A stretch of DNA of 64,000 bases from assembly GCA_964016885.1 (NCBI GenBank), contig OZ024743.1, positions 342,054,001-342,118,000 of the forward strand, written 5' to 3'. A program made the position numbers and the translations under genes. How positions within the stretch are numbered: position 1 is the stretch's first letter; the number at the start of each line of letters is the position of its first letter. This DNA is from Eledone cirrhosa (taxonomy: Eukaryota). The notes under the pieces were generated by a model that ran no database searches, was not told the origin of the DNA, and saw nothing but the letters and a program-made list of their open reading frames with translations. This document shows positions 13,511 through 26,739 of the stretch, piece by piece.

Positions 13511-13590
13511 TAAGTTTTCATAGATATAAATTCCCTTTTCTTCTGAGTGTTGGCTTGTTCTGGCCGTTAATACTTCTTGTCTCTTTTCTT

Positions 13591-13631
13591 GCTCTGATGA
13601 GTCCCTATTAATGGGACGAAATACTATCAGC
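13591..13631 (+). ncRNA. Minimal type I hammerhead ribozyme
   Basis: GCT-CTGATGA-GTCCC(tattaat)GGGAC-GAAA-TACTA-TC^-AGC, followed by AATAAA; in a ~170-bp island between (TA)n tracts. Confidence 0.82.
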
Positions 13632-13697
13632 TAATAAAGACTTTTGATGTATTGAAGGCTTCTTTGTTTACTTTTTATAATATATATATATATATAT

Positions 13698-13865
13698 ATA
13701 GTGACGAAACATAAGTCAATTGCATGAACTCATAATCCTTTATTTACTGGTATATATATTTAGATGATAGCCATTGAATGGCTATTGAATGGCTATCATC
13801 GAAATATATATAACAGTAAATAAAGGATTATGAGTTCATGCAATTGACTTATGTTTCGTCACTAT
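13698..13865. repeat. Near-perfect ~168-bp palindrome
   Basis: atagtgacgaaacataagtcaattgcatgaactcataatcc ... ggattatgagttcatgcaattgacttatgtttcgtcactat. Confidence 0.92.
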
Positions 13866-13948
13866 TATAACTCCGGAAGTTATATCTTCGTTGAGTGTTC
13901 CCTATCCGCATACTGAAGTACTGGATTTTACCAACACTTACTTTCTTG

Positions 13949-14002
<54 letters not shown>

Positions 14003-14127
14003 AATTAAAATACTAGAGTCTGTTTGAGTTAAACACCCTCTACATATTATAGAAATGACAGTATAGGATATAGCTCAATGTAATTAAACAGAGCCGAAGA
14101 ATTTTAAATTATAATTGTTATAATATA

Positions 14128-14254
<127 letters not shown>

Positions 14255-14399
14255 TGTTATACTTTGGGAGGGTCATGTTGCCAATAAGAAACACACGCAC
14301 CAGTTGATTTTACTTCAATTTATTATAATAAATGTATAATAAATTTATTAATTTCTGGTTGGTTGGTTGGTTCCACAACCAGATAGTTGTTTATATATT

Positions 14400-14442
14400 G
14401 TCATAGTTCTTTCGTCACACACTATGTGACCTCTTCAGTGAC
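14400..14442 (-). ncRNA. Minimal hammerhead ribozyme
   Basis: GTCA-CTGAAGA-gGTCACA..TGTGAC-GAAA-GAAC-TA^-TGAC. Confidence 0.75.
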
Positions 14443-15038
14443 TAGGGATTCCTTTCTTTGTTTCTGTGCCTCTCCTTTGTTCTGTCCTACGCCATTTTGT
14501 TTCTGTGTGTGTGTGTTGTGTGCTCAGTCTGCGCATGCGCCACATCCGGATGTCTGTGTGTGTTTATGTTCATTTATTTATTTGTTTATTTACATGTTAC
14601 TGGTTGGTTGTTTGTTCTATGTGTGTGTGTGCTTTCATTTTGTCCTTAATTGTAAGTTGTGATGTTGCTGTTCCACTCATATTTTCTATTTAATTTCGGT
14701 TGTAATTCTTTTATGTCTACACACAATTTTGGTTGTAATTCTTTTATGTTTATTGCCTTTGTAATTTGTCTAAACATTGCGTCTTTTCTGTGTGTAGATT
14801 CTATTTTTATTTCTATGTTCTCCAATTTACCCTTGTGTTCTATTTTAGCATGTTGGTAGAGTACAGATGATTCTTTACTATCTTGAAATAGAATCTACAC
14901 ACAGAAAAGACGCAATGTTTAGACAAATTACAGAGGCAATAAACATAAAAGAATTACAATGACCCTCCCAAAGTATAACAATATCGGTTTCAACACACGA
15001 TTTCAGATAAAGAATCTTGCTAAACAAATTCAGAAACG

Positions 15039-15081
<43 letters not shown>

Positions 15082-15330
15082 TGTATGTGTATAAAAGGTA
15101 AACAGAAATAACAATACAATCGGTACAGTATATCGAAGGGATATATTTGGTTAACGCTTGATATAGTAGGAAGATATATATATATATCGTTTCTGAATTT
15201 GTTTATCTGAAAACGTGTATTGAAACCGATATTGTTATGCTTTGGGAGGGTCATGTTGCCAATAAGTAACACACATTTATTATAAATTTCCGGTTGGTTG
15301 GTTCTATAACCGGACGGTTGTTCATATATT

Positions 15331-15373
15331 GTCAAAGTTCTTTCGTCACACATTATGTGACCTCCTCAGTGAC
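15331..15373 (-). ncRNA. Minimal hammerhead ribozyme (CTGAGGA variant)
   Basis: Paralogue of 14400-14442. Confidence 0.72.
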
Positions 15374-15564
15374 TGGGGATTCTTTTGTTTGTTTTGTGCC
15401 TCTCCTTTGTTCTGTCTTATGCCATCTTGATTTTGCTTGTCTTTTGTGTGTCTTTTAATACCGTCTTTTTATGCCATCTTATTTTTGCGTCTTTTTGACA
15501 CACAAAAACAAGATGGCGTAAGACAGAACAAAGGAGAGGCACAACACAAAGAAAAGAATCCCCA

Positions 15565-15607
15565 GTCACTGAAGAGGTCACAGAATGTGTGACGAAAGAA
15601 CTTTGAC
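15565..15607 (+). ncRNA. Minimal hammerhead ribozyme
   Basis: GTCA-CTGAAGA-gGTCACA(gaatg)TGTGAC-GAAA-GAAC-TT^-TGAC. Confidence 0.75.
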
Positions 15608-16452
15608 AATATATGAACAACCGTCCGGTTATGGAACCAACCAACCAACCAACCGGAAATTTATAAATTCTTAAATTTATAAATTTAATTTATAATAAAT
15701 TGGAGTGAAACAACTGGTGCGTGTGTTTCTTATTGGCAACATGACCCTCCCAAATCATAACAATATATATATATATACCCAGCAAATACATGTTTCTCTG
15801 TCGTTGATTAGATGATATACACACCTCTGATGAGTGTTGAATTAGATCCGAATGTCAATTAAACATGTTTTTTTTTCAATTTACAGGTAAATTCGTATTT
15901 TCTGGCATGTTTACATGTCCAGATATTAGATATGTGCATATAATTATATACATATCTTCATAATATATAGTGGCTACTATAACGGATTATTACTTCCAGC
16001 CTGTTAACTTCCAAATTACTCATTTAAAGTAGGTTTTTAACTTCGGTGATATGTTCCGATTTATGGATTAATATGGTATAAAGTATTATTTTTTAGGCTC
16101 CGATGAAAGTACTAACACACTCATTTAACTATTTTTAATGTACTAATATCGTTTTATAATCTATAGCTAAACATCAATTTGCATTATTACTTTGCAGTAT
16201 TTAAAACAACTTATCAGCCATTAAATATATATGTACTCATAAATCTTTGTTGTTCTTTCCAGCATTTCAAATATGATTTTTTGATCTGCTTATAAAACAG
16301 TTGTTAAACTAACTCTTTTTCCATGTAGTCGCATGGCTCGGTAGTCTCGCAATCCATATGGATTGAGCACACTAACTTTCTGTCTACTGGCTTGTCATCT
16401 GTATACCTAATCCCTTTTCTCCCTTCCTGATTAGCTTACTTGCTTTTTACTT

Positions 16453-16519
<67 letters not shown>

Positions 16520-16890
16520 CATAATGATGCTGATGTTACATAAATCGTTTAATCATTAAAATTAGAGGATCGAGCGCCATGCTTTGCAGCAAAGAGTTAC
16601 GGCCCTTTATAATCTGAGTTCAAATCCCACCGAGGTTAACTTAGTCTTTCATTCTTACGGGGTCGATAAAATAAAGTACCAGTAATTCACTGGGATAATT
16701 GCTGACCTTGTGCCAAAAGTAGAATCAATTATAATTATTTCCGCGGTTCTCCATGCAATCGAGAAGTCGTTCATGCATTTGTTGTTATGAGAATGGTAAC
16801 AACAACAAATGCATGAAGGACATTTCGATTGCATGGAGAACCGTGGAAATAATCATAATGATTAAACGAGTTATGTAACATCGTCATTAT
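16520..16890. repeat. Palindromic element interrupted by a SINE A copy (16563-16733)
   Basis: 16728-16860 is self-complementary; 16523-16558 pairs with 16856-16890. Confidence 0.75.
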
Positions 16891-17242
16891 TACTGGGTAA
16901 TTACTGGCCTTGTGCCAATAGTAGAAACAATTATTATTTTTGCTATTTTTATAAAATCTCCATCGTAACTTAAGAACTACGGATGTTGAGAGTTTTCTCC
17001 TGCTTGCTCCTGTTTTTACCAAAACATTCTCCTCGGAATATATATATATTTAACCTGCTAGTTTTTTCGTTGCTTTGGTATTGTGTGTTAGGTTTTGCCT
17101 ACCACAATGTTCAATTTGCCAAGCTATTTAAACGTATGTGGTTATTCTAAGGACCTACCCTTATTGAGTGCTTTGCAAACTCATTCATATTGTAGGTCGA
17201 CTTTGCTTGCCCACAACCAAAGCTTCGATTTTACTAAGCTTC

Positions 17243-17296
<54 letters not shown>

Positions 17297-17454
17297 CAAT
17301 ATAGCAACGTACCTCCTAACTAGTGAATACACACTTACATGAAATATATAAAACCTCTTATCGAACATAGCTATGGGATTAGCTCTAGATGGGCCATGAG
17401 CATTAAGAATATGACATCCAACAAAACTGAAGGTACTCAACATACATACATACA

Positions 17455-18062
17455 TGGTGGCTGCCAACTCGTTTTCGAGTACAGCCACTACTTTATATCC
17501 ATGTAGGAGAAACTCTACCGATGCACTGAACGAGTGTGATTTTTAGTCCAGCCAGCGACTTGAAATCTCTGGTACAAAAACTACACTTGTGACAATTATA
17601 GACACATAGTGCTGGGCCCATGGTACCATGTGACGACAAGTGCAGAGAGATCTCCAGATATAAAGAAATGCCTGTGCCGTGAAGCTTTTATAGTGTGCAA
17701 AGTCACTGCACAAAGCCAGTCCCACTCTCTTAACCAAGATGATATTTACCAAAAAGAAGAACAAGTCAACATCATTGGATACCATCAGAGTTGCAGGTGT
17801 TATATCAGAGTTTTCCTTCTCCTAGAATTCTGCCTTGACAAAGGCTAACGGGTCATCTCTCCCGGTGATTTTGGATGGCAATTGACTCTTAAGAGCTCCT
17901 TTGCCCTTTGACAGGTTTTGTTTTTAGTCCTGCAGGATGTCCAAAGTCACCCTCCTCACCAAGAAATTTTGGTGGGGTTGCCAATTTAGTCGCCAACGAC
18001 CCGATCATGAGAGGGGTTGTACTGGGATACATGTTACCAGTAGTACCAACTGGTGACCTGAC
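17455..18062 (-). mobile_element. Non-autonomous RTE-derived element (5' UTR plus 3' end), copy 1
   Basis: RTE-type 5' UTR motifs (GGCGACTAA..GCAACCCC, CTAGGAGAAGGAAAACTCTG), vestigial zinc finger, (ATGT)n tail; co-terminal paralogue at 51648-52260. Confidence 0.7.
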
Positions 18063-18135
18063 ATAGATACATACATACATACATACGTACGTACATACAT
18101 ATATACACACACGTACATACATACTTAGATACATA

Positions 18136-18201
<66 letters not shown>

Positions 18202-18980
18202 CACCCACACACATGTACATACATACATACATACATACATACATACATACATTGACGAGAGTTTCCTGACGTGAAAATTTGTAATCTATTTGCCCCATGA
18301 TAGATTTAGCCATTGGATAATTAGAGGTCGACAAAATAATTACGGGACAGAGAATGGGAGTCAATATACCTGGCTACGAATTCGAAGGCGATGTGCCTGC
18401 CTGACTACATATCAAAGTCTCATATCTGTAAATGAATAAAAGTAATTTTTATGACGGAAAATGGCATTAGCCATAAAATACTGGAGACAAATAAAAATAC
18501 ATTATATCTGTGTCTACTTTCTATATCGAATTGGAGCTTATAATGTTTAAAATAAATCTCTCTGAGAATTAGATGTAAATTAAGAAGCAACAAAGTAATA
18601 TTTTGTATGAAGCGTGCTTGGATGTAAACTTGTATTGTCCAGCTCTCCTAGAATTTTCCTGATCCTGCGAATTACCTTTTCCATAAGTTGAATATTCAAA
18701 TTCTTTTCTTGTAAAGTGTCAATTATACATCGCCATATGTTATATGAGTTGTATGCTTAACAGAATGGTTAAGATGTACTTTACGCTACAACATGGATCC
18801 CTTTTCAATCCCAAGACCCGTCTAAAAAACAACAAAATAAAGTGTTAATGTAGTGTTCGTCGTACTAAATAAATCACATTGCTCTTTCTACCTGGAGTCT
18901 CAACCGATAGATAGTATTAGCAATTGGAAAGACCAACGGAAACATTCTTTCTTCGGTCCGATTTGACGAAAGTCGATCGA

Positions 18981-19033
<53 letters not shown>

Positions 19034-19117
19034 AAAGGTAAACAGAAAAAACAACACAATCGGTACAGTATATAGAAGGACTATTTTAGGTTAACGCTTG
19101 AAATAGAAGGAAGATGG

Positions 19118-19153
19118 TCTTAACGTTTCGGACGCTAGTCCTTCATTAGAAGA
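19118..19153 (-). ncRNA. Minimal Penelope-type hammerhead with core mutation (CTAATGA)
   Basis: TCTT-CTAATGA-aGGAC(tagc)GTCC-GAAA-CG-TT^-AAGA; flank 19030-19115 is paralogous to 15090-15173. Confidence 0.65.
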
Positions 19154-19748
19154 AATAATGAGAAATTAGGTAGAATGAAGGGAGGGCGGGGTGTATATAT
19201 ATATTTATATATATGTGTGTGTGTGGTGTGTTTGTCTGTGTGTGTGTGTCTGTGCGTATGCGTGTAAACAAATGTTCATGTGTAATAGAGTGCGTTTGTA
19301 AACTGTTATGTAAATAGAATTACAAGCTCTGTTCAATGGCAAATTCATTAGACTGTACTCAATTGTGTTGTATGATATATATAATTGAAAGAACCAGTTT
19401 TATTACACACATTATGACACTGAATCTCCCTGAAAACTAAGTAATGTGTACAGGTATCTGTTGAATATTAAACTACTTGTTCGTCACAGAATAACGTAAA
19501 CGTATATCGCTGAATGTACGGCATATTTTCTTTTCGAAAAGTTCCTTAGAATGAATTCTGTTTATATTTAAGGGGACTTCTATAACGTCGATATGCTCAA
19601 TAGGACCAGGCTTAGCCATTAAGGGACCCGGCTCTATTCAGGTTTGCGGGCCTCTTTGTGTATTATAGCTTGCTTCAAGCATTGCAGAATATGACAAATA
19701 GTCGTGTTGGAAGCCTCAACAATGTAGATAGGTAAATCTGCGGGTAAC

Positions 19749-20120
19749 AAAATCAGGTGGTATTGAGCTGAGAGAGAGAGAAATAGGACGATGCGTAGAA
19801 AGAGAGGTGGAGAGCGTAAAATAACGCAAGAAAGGGGTAAAAAGACAAGAGATACAAGATAACCTTGCAATTAATTTATTAGTCCCTATATTTCATGTGG
19901 ATACAACTCTTGTACGCACACGGTAAACAACAAAGCCCAGGTGTTGTTCTTTCTCCGTTACTCTCGAAAAACTCCCCTGTTGATGTGAAATACGAAATAT
20001 AGGAATTAATAAATCGCTTCTTGTCTTTTTACACTTCTCTTACGTTCTTTTACGCTCTCTACGTCTCTTTCTACGATTCCTCCTATTTCTCTCTCTCTCA
20101 GCTCAATACCACCTGATTTT
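19749..20120. mobile_element. MITE-like element with ~100-bp imperfect terminal inverted repeats
   Basis: aaaatcaggtggtattgagctgagagagagagaaatagga ... tcctatttctctctctctcagctcaataccacctgatttt. Confidence 0.65.
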
Positions 20121-20124
20121 TCTC

Positions 20125-20127
<3 letters not shown>

Positions 20128-20202
<75 letters not shown>

Positions 20203-20206
20203 AACA

Positions 20207-20254
<48 letters not shown>

Positions 20255-20260
20255 CAGAAA
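20128..20260. repeat. (GA)n/(GAAA)n microsatellite
   Basis: Direct reading. Confidence 0.95.
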
Positions 20261-21972
20261 GGCAATCGAAAGATATTAGAGAGGAAAAGATCTGAATTTC
20301 TTCAAATACTGATCATGAGGTCAAATAATGGAGGTAGCAAAATAATTGTCATTAGTAATGACACATTACATACACACTCACAAACACAAGCATTTAACTT
20401 CACATTCCCACGCATATATACATATCAAGCACCATCTTTCAATAAAATATACATACCCTCATACATATGTCCCGTTCTACCTCTATTCTTAAAGGTAGCA
20501 GGAGTTCTGTTTGAAGTCGGAGCGGGCTTGCTTCAAGAAGGGGCTCTATTTTAGGAAGGGGGCACATAGCACTTACCCCTCCGCCCCCGTCCCCCGATAA
20601 ATCCGGCCTTGATGGTCAATACTGATCAGATATATGATGTCACAGTATTACAATATTATGATGAGAGGATAATTGATTTTTGCACTTCATTTAGATTAGG
20701 TCTTATCTAATTCAAGCCCTCATTTTTTAAAACTGATTTCTTCCGCTTATATCTCCTTATCACTATCTGCAGATTTTCAGCTTTAACTTATCTCCCCTTG
20801 TCCACAAAAGATACCTTCTTTTCTAAAGCACATTCATATATGCTTTTAATTTGACATTCTCGCCTTAAACTCTCCGCCAAAAGGTCCAAGCCTCACAGTA
20901 TGTCGCTTTAAGTAGCTACCGTTTCTGTTTATCTTTCCATAGTACCCTTCGATCAGTCAGAATTAATCTAATAAGTCGATATCCCGCTCGCTTGTTCTGC
21001 TATTCTTGTTTTTTTGTTAGTATTTTCCTGCGTCACCATATTTAGTACATTGACAAACACCAGATATTAGGACACCTACCCACATTCCTTTGAATATTTG
21101 TTGAGATTTTTATCATTCTTCTCGACGAATTTTATCTTTTTTTTGCAGAGATATTAGCCAATAATTACAAACACGAGTAGTCATAAAGACGAATAGTCGG
21201 TTAACAGAACTGATGTGTTTTTGTCTCTCGGACGATCGATGGTCGAAAGTGGTAGGATCATGATTGCATGCTGGCAGACTGTTGATAACAGTTTGATCGT
21301 GCCTAACTGCTTTTTGGCCTTCAAAAGCAATATTTTGTATTACTGCTGATCAACTCACTGAATTTCTGATAATGAAATGACGCATTCAAAATACAACTTA
21401 TTTACTCGCATATCTCCCAGTCTTATATAACTTTGGTTCTATAATTATATTTTAGCGTAAACATAATATTAACTTTAAAGTAACATAGATTAGAGAACAA
21501 GAAAATCTCCCTTGAAGATGATTACAAAAATAATTATGAGCAGGAAATAGGCATAAGACCAACAATTTCTGATATTTCGATCATATGTATGTGTGTATAT
21601 GTGGGTGTGTGAAATTATTGCACGATTCTAAAAGTATATTGCAGTATAGAATAGTAAAGTGTTATATAGTGAGATGTGACTCATAGATGAGCAGATGAAT
21701 AGAGGGAGTTAATTATAGAAAACGCTTATTCACATTTTGGGAAAGTGAATTCACAATGAATTAATATATTGAAAAGATGAATTTCAAAATTAACTGTTGC
21801 TGTTGAATTAACAAATTAGTGCGAGTAGTGAAATATTTGAAGAGAATGAACTTATATGAGCAATATCCGTTATTTAAGGTAACTTTCAAGGGAAATATTG
21901 AACTAATTTCAGTCCCGTTAGAATATAGGTTTCTGTATATAGGTGTAACAAATGTATTGAAAAGAAAGTCAA

Positions 21973-22410
21973 ATAATTGTTTCTAATTTTGGCACAAGAC
22001 CAGCAATTACCCCAATCCATTACTTGTGCTTTATATTTATCAACCCCGTAAGGATAAAAGGTAAAGCTAACCTCGGTATGTTTTCGGTATATAAATGTAA
22101 AAAGTATCAGAAGGCTTAAGCGCAGATTAAAATTACTATGAATGTTGGATAGAGTAGAGAAGCTTAGAATTTAATAACAATTCAATACCAAGATATAAAG
22201 ATGTGGTAAAATTCGAAGTCGTATATGGGAAATTAATAATATACTTGTACATAAGTTTGAATTGGATATTCTATTCTCTGTGAGTATATGAATACAAATT
22301 AACAAACTTAAAATGATTTCTACGGATTTGAACTCAAATCATAAAGGGCAGTAACTCTATGCTGCAAAGCATGGCGTCCGATCCCCTACCGATACCTCCA
22401 ATCCACCGCC
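21973..22410 (-). mobile_element. SINE A copy split by a ~245-bp insertion
   Basis: 3' half at 21973-22077 ends AACCTCGG; 5' half resumes GGATTTGAACTC at about 22324. Confidence 0.75.
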
Positions 22411-23329
22411 GTAGAGATGAAATAAAATGAATACATTAAGGTGTATTCGATTGGGTTATTATATGTATGCGTCTGTGTACATGAAGACTAATACATGCAT
22501 ATATATATATATTGGAAAATGTGTGAGATCCTTGCTACAGTTAGGTGTATTTGAAAAAAAGTAAAAGAATGACTTCACTAGTAGTGTTAAAAAATGTATG
22601 ATTTAATGTTATAATATTATAATGTTATGAGTTGGTAGATCCAGTAAGTTCTTTGTTAACTTCGGTGCAAGAATTTTAGAGATTCCTGGTTAACTTGGGC
22701 TGGAGAACTTTCTCGCATTCGTCTGTCTGTGGCGATTGTCAAACTGAGATTAGGTTGTGTTGAAATGTGTAACTATATATAAGAGAGATTTGGATGTGTC
22801 TGGGTGTTGGTATGGTTTTAATGAGTGTTGATGATGATGATGATGAAGGTCCGGAGGAATTAAAGTATACATACATATACATATACAGGCACGTACCCCC
22901 CCCCCCCACACACACACACATACACACACACACATTTATATACACTCACAAAATGGTGAGGTTGTAAGATAATGGCGTTTCAGAAGGTGTTCGTAAACAT
23001 ACTCTCCAGCTGCTTTTAATTCATTAGCTGAAATTTGATGAATATATAATGGCATAGCTGAATCAACTCTTCCAAATCCATAAAGAATATCTTCTACAAA
23101 TTTCTATATCAAAGAGGAATTTAGGTGCTTGTCTGGGTTTTAATGAGGTGTAAGATACATGTCTCTTGATAAGAATGGGATGACAGGAAAACGAAAAAAG
23201 AAGGATAGTTTGGGAACATTTGTCAAAGATGTGTTGTTGATATTGGTCTGGGAAAGGGAGTGTGGGGGGGGGGACATGCTGGCTCACATATTCACTTCCC
23301 TATATGTAAATATATCTACAGTCCATATA

Positions 23330-23440
23330 TACAAACACATATCAACACATATATACATACACATATATATATACACACATATGCATGCACATACACACCC
23401 ATATATATATATACATGCATATGTATGCACATACACACCC

Positions 23441-23495
<55 letters not shown>

Positions 23496-23537
23496 CAGTA
23501 TATATATACACATATACGTACATATATATACATATAC

Positions 23538-23605
<68 letters not shown>
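23330..23605. repeat. (TA)n/(CA)n compound microsatellite
   Basis: Direct reading. Confidence 0.95.
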
Positions 23606-23607
<2 letters not shown>

Positions 23608-24629
23608 TAAAATAACACATTAAAGTTTAAGCAAAGAATCGCTGCTTTCACCCTTAACGGGATCTTCTGAAACTAACCAAGTCAATGTGGGAAATTGTTG
23701 AGACAAAGAAAACAAGAGAGGGATGTTAGTTTATGTCTTCGGAATGTTCCATTTTTAAGTTTATGCGGTTACCGATGTTGTTTAACTTCCACACATGCTG
23801 AAATAGTATTTTCTTACCTCACACCCATGTAGCTTTAATTGTCCTCAAAAGAGGTTTCCATGATATTTTAATGATAGTGATAATCAGTCATACCATGAAA
23901 CACCACGGGAAATGATGCATTTTACTCAAGAAATCACCCGTGCCCAGTACAGGAATCTAACTTACAAACACCATCGAGTATCACACACCTTAACCTCTAA
24001 GGCGCGCGTTTGCTAATATATGCTGACTCTCCTTTCACAAAAATAAATGATGTCATTTACATATATGTAAAAGTGCAGCACTAACAGGTGTTAATTTCGC
24101 TATACCCTAACTGGTCGCTGAAAGTTATGGCTAATAAAATGTTTGTGTTTTTTTTATGAAATACAGTTTTTTTTTCGGCAATTTCTCAATTTATTTTCTT
24201 CTTTATTATATATTTAATTGAAATTTTCGGGTCTTTCACACATTTTGAATTTTTCTATTCTTTCCGTTTGTTGCTTTCTTTTTCAAAATCTCTTTTTGTG
24301 GTTTCCTAGTTATCTTTAAGTTTTCTTCTTTCTACTTATACATATTTTATAGTGGTACATTTCTCTATGTGTTTCTCTTATTTCTCTTATTTTATCGTTC
24401 TCTTTCTTTTGTCTCCTTCTTGCCTTTTCTTTACATTTAAATGGCTATTTTTAGTCTATAATTGACATCGAAGTTGAATTTCTTCCATTAACATTCATTT
24501 TAGGTTTCTAAGCTGTTCAGTTAAAACTTGCTTACACAACGTATCAAAATTGAAGACAACATTTTTTATCAATCATTTTATTTGTAAGATTATTTCATTT
24601 CAAGAAATGGTTACTCTTCTTATGTACAC

Positions 24630-25680
24630 GAGGCGCATCTAGCAGCGGTGACTAACATCTAGAAGGTTGAGGTCATGGGGCAATTGAAGATATCAAATGT
24701 GGCAAGGCCAGTGAGGAGGATGAAATTCGACCCAAGATGTTAACAGGATTTTAAAAGATAATGTATTCTCTGGTTGACTTGTGTCTGCCGAGTGCAATGG
24801 CAATCGGGTGTGATAATCCCAAATGTAAAAAGCGTAAACAGGATAGATTGCTCCAATTATAGAGGGATATCCTTGTTTAGGTTCCCCAGTAAACTCTATG
24901 CTAAATGCCTGACCAAGAGATGTAGGGATAATGTCGAGTCCAAGCTAATTAATAATCAATGAACTTCTCGCCTTGGACCCAACACTGCCGACCAAATATT
25001 CACACTGCAGCATACTTTTGAGAAATTGTACGAGTATTGCCAAGATGTGTTTTCTTGTTCGTAGACCCCGAGAAAGCATATGACCGTGTTACACGTAACC
25101 TGTTGTGGAAAGATCTGCATGGGATTGATGGTCAGCTTCTTGTTTCTCTGATGTGTCGATATGAATGTCCCAGTTTTTATATCCGGATAAATGGTGCTAA
25201 GTAGAAACAATTCAATGTAGGTGTCGGACTCACCAAGGTTGCGTAAGCCACCTTTGCTGTTTATGATATTCAGAGATTGACATGCTCAGTCGAGTTAGAA
25301 GTAGTATCGAAACAGGCGGGTGTAGGATAAGTTCGCTGGAACTTGAGATCTGCATGGTGTTTCTTAACTCATCAAAAGCTGATCTCCGACGCACCTGATC
25401 GGTTTATTGCCGAGTGCTGCACGGCAGGAATGAAAACCAGTGCTGCAAAAACTGAGACGCTCGTACTCTCAAGGAAGCCTGCGTAGTGCACTCTACATGT
25501 GGGTGTAAATATCTCGGGACCATCCTCCTGAGTGATGGAAGCAAGAGGCTGGTTCAGTTCAAGAATTACAGGACTTGATTCTGTAATGCGCCAGCTTCAT
25601 CATTCGGTCTCCAGAAGAAGGGATATTGGTGTAAAAGCCGAACTCGCTATCATCAATTTGGTATTCATATCAACCCTTAG
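24630..25680 (+). mobile_element. Degenerate RTE LINE RT fragment
   Basis: CSNYRGISL..PSKLYAKCL, DQIFTLQ, EKAYDRV motifs with frameshifts; 3' part similar to 2700-2900. Confidence 0.82.
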
Positions 25681-25835
25681 TACTGTTGACACATACCAAC
25701 CCAGTCTCTGAGACACTAGTGGTACGCGTAAGTGAACATAGTAATATGTGTCACATATCGACCAGCAGATGCCTCTAGTCATGAAAAGAAGTTCGAAGAT
25801 AGCATCAGAAAGATGGAAGAATTACTAAAATACTA

Positions 25836-26739
25836 GATTAGAGTCTCAACATACTATTGGTGGGAGACTTTAACCGCCCCATGGTCAAATGGGCCGAAGG
25901 CTTCCCGCTTTCGGGAACGACAACAATTGAACAATGACACACAAATCCCTGCTGGACCTTACAAACAGATTTTGGGTGGAACAAATGGTACTGCACCCAA
26001 CAAGATGTGAGAATATACTTGGTATCTGCTTCACAAATAACTTCGTGATCATTGTAACGTTGACACCGACGATTTTCTCGGGTCATAACATAGTAGAACT
26101 AACAACATATAGCCAGAGGAAGACTAAATACGCAGTCAACGGGAATAACCCAGATTCTATCCAGCCTAATTAGCCACAAAGCTAACTGGAACAGAATTCA
26201 GGAAGAGATTATTGTGCAAATCTGAATCGACAGTCTCTCTACATATGACAACATGCAACTTGAGCATTTCATGACAGTACAAACTATATAATTTAAGTTT
26301 GTTTTCGAACTAAAGGCCAACAGACGCAAAAACTTTATTTCCAGAGCTAGAAAAATCCTCATAAAAACGAAAAATAATGGTCTCCAACTGGCTAAAAAAC
26401 AAAAAACCCATTTTGAAGCAGGCACTGTTTGAAATTGAAACTGAACTCAGACCCTCCCATGAAAAGAAGAGTGGGGAAGAAAACCAAGACTATAGAAAAT
26501 ATAAAAACAAAATCTAATCCTTTCTTTAAATTCGCAAAAGAGACCGACTCGGTACACTACAAAATAAGGACTCTTTTCCATAAAATGGCTCATTGACTGT
26601 CAACGACCAATAAATAAGTGAAGTACTGAACAAGCAATATAAAAGTGTTTTCACACACCCAACAAACCACATGCAAATAAATGAGCTATATGACTTCTTT
26701 GACACTTCAGTACTACACAGAGAAATGGAAACAATCAAC
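25836..26739 (+). mobile_element. CR1-group LINE ORF2 fragment (APE C-terminus/linker), 5' half
   Basis: LLVGDFNRP..W, EQMVLHPTRCENIL..CFTN, SGHNIVE; ends ..EVLNKQYKSVFT. Confidence 0.72.

Noticed and set aside
23640-23675. Hammerhead-like relic on the minus strand; similar relics near 1615-1655, 15825, 31705-31750 and 55465-55500
   Set aside because: Core or stem I too degenerate to support
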